Shown here: piece after piece, positions 56,506-64,000 of the stretch | How positions within the stretch are numbered: the stretch's first letter is position 1 | Layout: every line of letters starts with the position of its first letter | DNA from: Emiliania huxleyi CCMP1516 | Taxonomy: Eukaryota | Direction: 5' to 3' | Assembly (NCBI RefSeq): GCF_000372725.1 | Contig: NW_005202113.1 | Coordinates: forward strand, 186,001-250,000 | Length of the DNA stretch: 64,000 bases | Program-made: the position numbers and the translations under genes | Notes under the pieces: generated by a model | Told to the model about the DNA's origin: nothing | Seen by the model: the letters and a program-made list of their open reading frames with translations, nothing else | Database searches by the model: none

Positions 56506-59500
56506 CTAGAGCAGAGCTATCACCTCTACGGCACGCACCATCGGCGGCGCGTCGTAGCGAAAGAACGTCTTCGCCAGCTGCGAGTGCGCCAAAGGCGGCG
56601 GCAATCCCTTGGGCAGCGGGTGCGTCTGCGCCATCGCTGACTTTGGCTCGCTCTGCGGCGAGCCATTCGTCATGGAGCACCGCTGACTACTCTCTTTGTC
56701 CACCGAGCCCAACGCTCCGGTGCGCGTGGGCCGCAAGTTGTGCGCCTGCGCCTTCTCCGCCTCCTTGCGCGCCAGCTGCAGTGCGCGCTTTGCAGAAGCC
56801 TGCGCCGCTGCCACACGTCTCTTCTCCGACGCTTCCCTCGCCAGCCACTCCTCCGCCAGTCGGCGAGCGCTCGCAATGAAGCGCTTGCGCGCCAGCACAC
56901 GCCGCATGCTGCGCTGGATCTCAACCGTTGCGCGCTTGACGCGGACAAACTGCCGCCGCGCTACGTGCGAGCGCCAGCGAGCGGAGAGAGTGCTGCCAGC
57001 GCGCCAGCGGCGCGCGGCTTCCGTCGCAACAACGAGGCACGGTGCCGCAACTGCGCCGCGCGCCCCGCCAGCGACAGCGCGAGAAATGGACTCCTCGAGT
57101 TCCCGGGCACCCTCCGGCTTGAGGAAGACACGCGTGCGGCCGAGCGCGATTGCGCCGCGTGGAATTCCGAGGAGCGGTATCATGTTGCGGCCAAAGTAGG
57201 CACGGTCGATGGTGCGTTGGTCAAAACCCGCAGGCAGAACCGCGCTGATCATGCCGAAGAGGCTCTCGTACCGGACGCGCGACGTGTAGGCAAGCTTCAT
57301 CACTTGCACAGCCTCGTGAGTCCCTGCACAGCGCAACTGGCGCAGCACGGTCGAGGGTGAGAATGCGTCCGGCTGGAGCTGGCAGTTCGGCTTGACGCAG
57401 CGGACAAAGTGCAGGCGCGAGGCACGCAGCACCCCCATCAGCTCGTCTAAGTTACAGACAAAGTCCCGGGCGACGGATCGCACCTCGAGACGGCGGGCGC
57501 CGGAGGACAGCGTCGCGTCCTTCACGCGTTGCGTCGCAGACGCCGGCGGGCGCTTCAGCGCTGGGGAGGGATCGCGCGACGAGTCGGGTGTGACGTGCGC
57601 CAATGAATCGCGGCGGCGGTCGGCAGCCTCGCCAAAAATGTCGACGACGAGCGGCGAGGTGGAGGTTAGCATGATTTGGTGCAGCTCCGACACGAGCGAG
57701 GAGTTGTTCTTGTCGAGCCACGTCGGCGAGGTGCTACCGACAGCACCCCCAGCCTTGTACGTGACGTCGCCCGCAAAGTGCCGGATGACGAAAGCCTCCT
57801 CCGCGCGCAGCCTTCGCGGGACGGGCAGAACGCGCGCCGACGCGGCACCTTTGGTGCGTGCCGCCTCCTTGTTGGCGCTGAGGAAGAAGGACTCCTCGCG
57901 AGCACCGAATAGGCGAGTCGACGAGTCGAGAAGCCACAGGATGCCGTTTGGCCGCTCAGCGATAGCGGCGATGCAGCTGCTCGCGTCGGGGAGATCCAGC
58001 CGCGGAAAGGGCACGCCCTCCGCGATGTGGATGGCTCGTTCGTCGGTGAAGACAGTGTGCACAAACAGCTGATGCAGCTGTTCGTTGGCGTAGTTGATGC
58101 AGAGCTGCTCAAAGGAGTTGGTGTCGAACGACTCAAACCCAAAGATGTCGAGGAGGCCGATGCAGTCCTCGTTCGCCCTGCGGCTGCTCGCCGGCGCAGA
58201 CTCTTTGCAAGGAGCGGTCCACGCATCCTTCTTGCTGCCGAGGTGAGTTGGGCGGACGGCCGCGAGCGCACGGTTCATGCGGCGCACGAGCCAATGGAAG
58301 AGGTTGCCGTAGATGGCCTTTGCCAGCGAGTCGCGGCAGCGCGCTGCCTCGGTGGGCGAGAGGAGCTTGGCGAGCGGCGACTCAACGGTTTGGGTGGCGG
58401 CGGCGAGGGTGGCGTGGCCATTCACTGGTCGCGTGGTCAGGTAGCGCTTAAGCGGCGCGGCTGGCACGCCCAGCGCGGCTGCTGCCGCCTCGAGCATGGC
58501 TGAGTCCTTGATGCACGCACCTTCTCTCCCCGAGTCGTCCTCGACGAAGGAGACGTTCCCGAGGCAGAGCACGGCGCCAAGGAGCGTGAAGACGCCTCTC
58601 TGGGCATCACCCTTGACACCGATCGCGTCGAGCGAGGCGCGTAGGTCCGCGAGCCGCGACTCTGCCTCCAGACGGCTCGTACCGGTTGGCGGCGCGGAGC
58701 GGCGGCCACCAAGGTAGGCATACTCAGAGACCGTGGCATGCGGCAGAGCTGCCTCGCGCCTCTCCTGGTCGCTCATGCCGAGTAGCATAGACTCGAAGAC
58801 GTGAAAGTTTCGCTCGACGGCCGGGTCGTGGTGCACGACGCGTGAGCGCTCGAGCAAGTACGTCGAGATAGAGACCGAATCGAAGCTTCCGCCGCACATC
58901 CCGATGGAGACAAACTTGCAGAACCGGGACGAGTTGCGGTTCCGCGCCGTGCGAGCGTTTCCGAGGGCCTCGAGTGCCGGTCGGCAGGCGAGAAGCACGC
59001 GCCCGATCTCCTCCACCCATTCAGAGGGCTTCTCGGCTGCGGGGTGGAGCGTGCAGGCGGCACGCCAGGCAAGGTACTCAGAGAGGAGCTTGACGGCCAC
59101 CGACTTGCCCGCGCCCGACTCGCCCGACACGATGATGGCCTGCTGAGTGCGCGGGTAGAGAACTGAATCTGCCGTGGCACCGCGGTAGGCAGCCTCACCC
59201 ACCGCGTAGAGGTGCGGCGGCGCCTTGCCAATCTCGCCCGTGGCAAACGGCTGCATGATCGACTGCCCGTAAAGGTCCTCCCTCGGGCGGCACGGGTTAG
59301 TGGAGATGAGCAGGTTGGCCACCCACGTATACACCTCCCCGCGGCGGTTCCGATGCTGCAACGCCGCAAGCACAGTCGCCTCATTGAGAGCCGGCAGCGA
59401 ACAGAGATCGGGCGACTCCTCGGAGGGGGTCCAGTTGCCCGCTGGCATCACCTCCGCCACAGGTACCGACCGCTTCTCATTGTTCGCCATCTGCAGGGTC

Positions 59501-59868
59501 ACTTGCAGAGGAGTCACCTTAACAACACGGCCGAGCACAAAGGCGTCATCAACCGACTCCGACGGAACGACCGCGACATACGCCTCATCGCCCGGCCGGA
59601 GAGACGCGACGCTCTGTTTGTGCGCTTCCTCCACCGTCAGTGCCTCTGTCGTGCTCTTCGAGGGGCCAAGATTGAGGTGTGAAGGCTGCAGTGGTGCAGA
59701 CCCTGCCGGTGAGGTTCGAGCCGGCGGTGCTTTGCTGGCCGTGCCCCGACCGGGTGAGCTCATCGGCGACGGGTTGAGGCTCTCACTTGGGCTTGTGGTG
59801 GGCGACGTTGCCGCCGTACGTGTCTCTAGCTTGGCGGTGCCAGCCTTCTTTCGCCCGAAAAGCCCCAT
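56506..59868 (-). CDS. Unconventional myosin (SH3-like N-terminus, motor, IQ-like motifs, short tail), intronless
   Basis: PPHLYAV, IIVSGESGAGKS, LEALGNART.RNRNSSRFCK, YLLERSRV, IGLLDIFGFE, NSFEQLCINYANEQL, HFAGDVTY, HFVRCVKPN, GRTRVFLK. Confidence 0.95.
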   Translation of the reverse strand: MGLFGRKKAGTAKLETRTAATSPTTSPSESLNPSPMSSPGRGTASKAPPARTSPAGSAPLQPSHLNLGPSKSTTEALTVEEAHKQSVASLRPGDEAYVAVVPSESVDDAFVLGRVVKVTPLQVTLQMANNEKRSVPVAEVMPAGNWTPSEESPDLCSLPALNEATVLAALQHRNRRGEVYTWVANLLISTNPCRPREDLYGQSIMQPFATGEIGKAPPHLYAVGEAAYRGATADSVLYPRTQQAIIVSGESGAGKSVAVKLLSEYLAWRAACTLHPAAEKPSEWVEEIGRVLLACRPALEALGNARTARNRNSSRFCKFVSIGMCGGSFDSVSISTYLLERSRVVHHDPAVERNFHVFESMLLGMSDQERREAALPHATVSEYAYLGGRRSAPPTGTSRLEAESRLADLRASLDAIGVKGDAQRGVFTLLGAVLCLGNVSFVEDDSGREGACIKDSAMLEAAAAALGVPAAPLKRYLTTRPVNGHATLAAATQTVESPLAKLLSPTEAARCRDSLAKAIYGNLFHWLVRRMNRALAAVRPTHLGSKKDAWTAPCKESAPASSRRANEDCIGLLDIFGFESFDTNSFEQLCINYANEQLHQLFVHTVFTDERAIHIAEGVPFPRLDLPDASSCIAAIAERPNGILWLLDSSTRLFGAREESFFLSANKEAARTKGAASARVLPVPRRLRAEEAFVIRHFAGDVTYKAGGAVGSTSPTWLDKNNSSLVSELHQIMLTSTSPLVVDIFGEAADRRRDSLAHVTPDSSRDPSPALKRPPASATQRVKDATLSSGARRLEVRSVARDFVCNLDELMGVLRASRLHFVRCVKPNCQLQPDAFSPSTVLRQLRCAGTHEAVQVMKLAYTSRVRYESLFGMISAVLPAGFDQRTIDRAYFGRNMIPLLGIPRGAIALGRTRVFLKPEGARELEESISRAVAGGARGAVAAPCLVVATEAARRWRAGSTLSARWRSHVARRQFVRVKRATVEIQRSMRRVLARKRFIASARRLAEEWLAREASEKRRVAAAQASAKRALQLARKEAEKAQAHNLRPTRTGALGSVDKESSQRCSMTNGSPQSEPKSAMAQTHPLPKGLPPPLAHSQLAKTFFRYDAPPMVRAVEVIALL

Positions 59869-60353
59869 ATGTTTTGGCCGATCTGCCCGCTGCAAGGGGT
59901 TCGCGGCCAGAAGTGAAACGTCCGGCTTGATTGAAATCACGTCGTTCATCTCACTCAACGTGATCTGTGATAAGGGGGCCGCCCACAGGCGCATTTTGTA
60001 TACCGAGGCGGTGCCCGGTGCCGAACCTGTCGGACCTTAAGACAGCGTTGTAGATCCCTGGGCGAGGGTGGTGGAGGTCAACGTGCTCATCACTGGCTCA
60101 TCACACCTCATCAGTGACATATCATATTCATATCACGCCAGCACCACGCCCGGGTGTGCGGTGAGCTTGCTGGCTTAACTCCAATAGTGCTCAAAGTGCC
60201 GTAAAAAGCAATGTGAAGTTTGAAACCTCCTCTTTCCAGTTTCGCCTGCCTGGAAGACGCTCCGGCGCCTAACTCTATTAGCAACTAGCCCAAAGCGCTG
60301 CGACTTGCAGAAGAGGGTGGGGGTGGGGAGCGGAGCCCCTTGACCCGGCGAGT

Positions 60354-62828
60354 CTACCGGAGCGTCGCGGCGAGGACGTCCGTCGCCTTGTGCACTATGT
60401 ACACGCCGCGGCCCATCGTCGCGGCCACGAGCGTGTCATCGAGGGGCTCGTGCGACAGGCCTGCCACGAGCACCAGCGGCAGATCCGAGCAAGCGCCGAG
60501 GCGTTGCCACGAGGCCGCGGCCGAGCCCTTCTCCGCGGACGTCACGAAGACACCCGTTGCGGTGCCGACGAGCAGCGCCGTCTTGGTGCCCGCCTTGTCG
60601 AGGGGCAGCAGGAGCAGCGCCGACGGCCGGATGGCGCCCACCACTTTGGTGGCCTGCCGCAGGTTTGCGGTGACGTCGGTCCAGGTCGCGCCCGCGTCGT
60701 GGCTCAGCCAGACAGCCTCGGGACCCTCGTTGTTGATGACGGACGTCCAGCCGGTCACCGCCACGAGACTCGAGTCGGCCGGGGAGACGGCGAGCGAGAC
60801 GGTGCGGTCGTGCGAGGTCGGGCCGAGCACGTAGTTGTAGTCTCCCTCGGCGTCCCGCCGGTACTCGAAGATGATTGGCGCGGCGAAGCGCGTCGGAAGC
60901 GGCCGCGCCACGAGGACGCCGTCGCTCGCGGCCGAGCGGTGCATCAGGCTGGTGTCGTTCATCGCGACCAGCACCGACTGGTCGGCCTTCCCTGCGGTCA
61001 CGCCGCCAGCGACGAGGCAGTAGACGTGGTCCGTGGCAACCTCGAGCGTCGGCGGCTGCACATCGGCCGGCTTGGCGACCGAGTACGGGACGGCGAGCCG
61101 GTAGATGCCGCTCGTCTGGAGCTTCGCCTTCGAGCCGGCGCCGCTCGCCGCGTAGAGCAGGACGTCGGTCGGCCGGCCCTGCACGAGTGCAAACGGCTGC
61201 ACGAAGAAGGGGAACTGCAGAGTCGAGAACCAGCTCAGGAGCGGGACGCCGACAAAGCCGACCGGGTCGGACCAGAAGCCGAACCCGTACGAGGGAGCGT
61301 CGTCGCGCCGTGGCGCGTCCACGTCGACGAAGTTGCCCAGGTTCTGCGTCGCGCCCCACAGGCGAGGCGCCGGCGCCGCGGCGTCGACGGCGGTGACCGT
61401 GCCGTCCCCATGGATGAACCCCGCGGCCATCGTCGACGCGTTTTGAAACTTGAGCGAGAGCTGGACGTCGTTGTCCTGCGCGCCGGCGACGAAGCGCTTG
61501 CCCACCGGGTCCCAGTGCGCGCTCACGTACTCCATCGCGCCGGTGTCGCCCGCGAGAGACACCCACTTCCCGCCCTTCTTCTCGGGCGAGGTGCGCAGGA
61601 AGGCGCCGCCGTCGTTGAGCAGCAGCAGCGACTCGGTCGTCGGCTCCCAGTAGTATTGCCTGCAGTCGGCGTGCGGCTCCGAGCCGTCGCTCGTGTCGTC
61701 GGCGCCGGAGGGCACCCACTTGCCCTCGGCCCACCTGACGCGCCACACCAGCGCGTCCGCGTTTCCCGCGACGAAGAGCAGCGAGTCGTCCGCAGGGTGG
61801 ACGAGCAGCGCCATCCGGTCCTTGGGCATGCCGTCGCGGTCGAGGCGGGCGGGGCCGCCGGGGACGCGCGACCACGCGGCCGTGCGAGATCTAGCTAGAG
61901 ACGTACCGCGAAGACGTTCGTGGGTGCGGCGCGGCGACGACACGTCGCTCAGCGGCCGGCTGTAGATGGCGCTGGCTGTGTCGGACAGCTTAGCGGGGTT
62001 GACCGTCAGCGCTCCGACAAACACCGTGTTCTTGCCGACGGCGAAGGTCGGGTAGAAGGGCGTGCGCGCGTCCCAAGTCAGCCCCTCCGCGAAGGGCTCC
62101 CAGCCCTCCGCGTCGCTCCCTCCGGAGCGCGAGAGGAGCACCGACGAGACAGCGCTCACCCACGGCAGCGCCGCGAGGACCAGCTTCTTGCCCGCGTCGA
62201 GGGCGACCAGGTCGTAGACGGGGCGGGTGAGCGACCGCGTCCAGCTTGCGCCGCCGTCGTGCGTCGCCCACACGCCTCCGTCGTCTCGCGAGTGGAAGTG
62301 GGCGCGCGCGCCGACGAGGAAACTGGTCGGGCTCTGGATGACGATGGCGGATATGTAGTAGTTGGCGGGGAAGGCACCGAGCATCGCCCACGTCTTGCCG
62401 GAGTCGCGCGACAACATCAGCCCGCCCCAGTCTCCGCTGTTGGCGGCCATCCAGTCCCAGCCCATCTCGCTCGACGTCGCGCCTCCGCAGCCGGCAACGA
62501 CGGTGGCGCCGGCGGCCGCCATCGCAGAGATTGAGGTGCAGGCGACCGGCTGCCCGTCCAGCACCTGCTGCCAGTGCGGGCGCGGCGTCGCGAGGATGTC
62601 AGGCGAACGCCAGATGCCGCCGTTCGCGGTGGCGACGAGCCATGCGGTGCCGTTGAGGTGTGCCATCGCCTGAGCGGCGCCTGCAGAAGCAATGCCCGTG
62701 AAGGCGCCGGGCGTGGAGCCGGCGGTCGAGTACGAGCCAGGGCCAGCGTGGCCCCAGGGCGCGGGCGAAGAGGGCGTGTCGCACGGGAGGGCGGCGAACA
62801 CGAAGGCGGGGAATGGCAACATACACAC
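60354..62828 (-). CDS. Secreted BNR/VPS10-like (sialidase-fold) beta-propeller protein, intronless
   Basis: Asp-box-like repeats SRDSGKTW, THDGGASW, SHDAGATW; NDGGAF; GAQDN; VGTATGVF; AATMGRGVY; hydrophobic leader. Confidence 0.8.
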   Translation of the reverse strand: MCMLPFPAFVFAALPCDTPSSPAPWGHAGPGSYSTAGSTPGAFTGIASAGAAQAMAHLNGTAWLVATANGGIWRSPDILATPRPHWQQVLDGQPVACTSISAMAAAGATVVAGCGGATSSEMGWDWMAANSGDWGGLMLSRDSGKTWAMLGAFPANYYISAIVIQSPTSFLVGARAHFHSRDDGGVWATHDGGASWTRSLTRPVYDLVALDAGKKLVLAALPWVSAVSSVLLSRSGGSDAEGWEPFAEGLTWDARTPFYPTFAVGKNTVFVGALTVNPAKLSDTASAIYSRPLSDVSSPRRTHERLRGTSLARSRTAAWSRVPGGPARLDRDGMPKDRMALLVHPADDSLLFVAGNADALVWRVRWAEGKWVPSGADDTSDGSEPHADCRQYYWEPTTESLLLLNDGGAFLRTSPEKKGGKWVSLAGDTGAMEYVSAHWDPVGKRFVAGAQDNDVQLSLKFQNASTMAAGFIHGDGTVTAVDAAAPAPRLWGATQNLGNFVDVDAPRRDDAPSYGFGFWSDPVGFVGVPLLSWFSTLQFPFFVQPFALVQGRPTDVLLYAASGAGSKAKLQTSGIYRLAVPYSVAKPADVQPPTLEVATDHVYCLVAGGVTAGKADQSVLVAMNDTSLMHRSAASDGVLVARPLPTRFAAPIIFEYRRDAEGDYNYVLGPTSHDRTVSLAVSPADSSLVAVTGWTSVINNEGPEAVWLSHDAGATWTDVTANLRQATKVVGAIRPSALLLLPLDKAGTKTALLVGTATGVFVTSAEKGSAAASWQRLGACSDLPLVLVAGLSHEPLDDTLVAATMGRGVYIVHKATDVLAATLR

Positions 62829-63017
62829 AGATATACCTGGGTAGCGGCGGCCCGGGAGTGCTTGTGTCTGTCGGTTGTCCTTGTGTTCACAGCGCCGATG
62901 TGAGCGTTGTCAGAGCGGTGTTTCGACACCGATATCGTTCAAGGAGAACGCTGATTCAAAATCCGCTGTTCACACTTCACAGGTAAGTGTAATCCTTGTT
63001 ATTGAAGAAGAAAATAC

Positions 63018-63681
63018 GTTCACACAAAAACACAACCACGGACCCAAGACGCACAAGCTCAGGCAGTCGAGAAAGGGATAGACCGCAACGACAGTCAGAA
63101 GTCAGCGCTGGGTCCCAGGGCGAATGCGATGACGGCCTCTAGTGTGAGCTCTAGCTAGTGAGCTCATCGCTACTATATGCATGCAGCGAGTTAGGAGCCG
63201 ACCGACCGACCCTCGCGTCCGGTGCTCACCGACGGCCGGGCGGGCCACCCGCCCACGCGCCGCCTACGCGCAGCGCGTGCGCCGCAAACTCGCCCGCCGA
63301 CAGCGCCGGCCAGTCGCCATCGGCCGTCGCGAGAGGCCTGCCCGGCTGTCGCCGCGGGGCCCCCACGAACACCACGCGTCGGATGCGGTGCCGCGCGAAC
63401 TCGCGCGCAAAGTGCACGCCCCACGCCCGCCGCAGCGTCGTAGCGAAGTAGGACCGCGCCTCCTTCGCGCTACGCGCGCCGATCCGCCTCCAGTGCTGCT
63501 TGGATGCCGAATCCACCACACAGTCGAACAGCTGGTGCAGGTCGTCCGACGCCTCCGCGTAGGCCCCGACAACGAGGCTGCGCACGGTGCCAAACGAGCG
63601 CAGCACGGAGGAAACGGCGTCCCTCGAGCCGTTGTTCCATGCCTGCACGTGCGTGTTCACACAAAAACACAACCACGGACC
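63018..63681 (-). mobile_element. 5'-truncated non-LTR retroelement (RLE-type C-terminus + 3' UTR), with a second 3'-end stub at 63655-63681
   Basis: ORF VRSLVVGAYAEASDDLHQL..WRRIGARS..LRRAWGVHFAREFAR resembles the post-endonuclease C-terminus of CRE-like elements; the 3' part is shared with 49536-49904. Confidence 0.65.
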
Positions 63682-64000
63682 ACGCTCGCAAAAGAATTTC
63701 CCACCTTGTGCGTACTGGCACAACTAAAAAGAATGGAACCCACCAAAAGAAACATTGATTTGCCAACAACATACCTGTAAAAACCAAAAGAAACACTCGG
63801 GTTGCAAACGTGCCCGCTAGAGGCTGCCCCCCGAGGTATGTGTGTATGTCCAGCGTCGACTTCGTGTGCTCCGAAGAGCAGGCCGCGCTGGTGGAGCAGG
63901 TCCGCGAGCAGACAGGGAGTGCAGAGCCTCGACATGTGCTCATGCGCTTTCTCGTCGCCCGCGACTGGGACACCGGTGCGGCAGTAAAGCAGCTGGCGGC

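Noticed and set aside
60354..62828. Beta-propeller as the missing RAG2 partner
   Set aside because: About 48 kb outside the TIRs, BNR-type rather than kelch, secreted, no PHD
1..64000. Hundreds of long Arg/Ala/Pro-rich six-frame ORFs
   Set aside because: Shadow frames of real genes or GC-rich stop-poor DNA; no domain motifs
63780..64000. Possible 3' part of a minus-strand gene at the window edge
   Set aside because: Truncated by the window and frame not determinable

Overview
Very GC-rich eukaryotic DNA with many short GC-AG introns. This fits a haptophyte such as Emiliania/Gephyrocapsa huxleyi, which is an inference and not a database result. Most six-frame ORFs are shadow ORFs. Host genes I can support: a tandem Cu-only SOD-like protein, a 3x RanBP2-ZnF + degenerate PP2C protein, a 2OG-Fe(II) oxygenase, a DysF-TM-C2 protein, a DWNN-RING (RBBP6/Mpe1-like) protein, an LNR/Kringle membrane protein, an Ldh_2-family dehydrogenase, a Sey1/RHD3-like protein lacking the P-loop, VPS45, a TPR-like/FAD oxidoreductase, a 3x~260-aa helical Cys-rich repeat protein, a myosin and a secreted beta-propeller. 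Main result: an apparently intact 5.9-kb DNA transposon (5979-11903) with CAC-starting tripartite TIRs. It encodes a RAG1/Transib-like DDE transposase with a SAP domain and, tail-to-tail as in ProtoRAG, a second gene. That gene is not RAG2 but a 2x Tudor-knot + chromodomain reader. A second intact element (26421-32652; 14-bp CACTATG TIRs, 6-bp TSD) encodes a hAT-like transposase fused to Tudor-like and Ulp1-like protease domains. Also seen: truncated RLE non-LTR retroelement copies, a ~41-bp-period array of inverted half-sites (44248-44687), and duplicated 'poison' splice acceptors in four genes.
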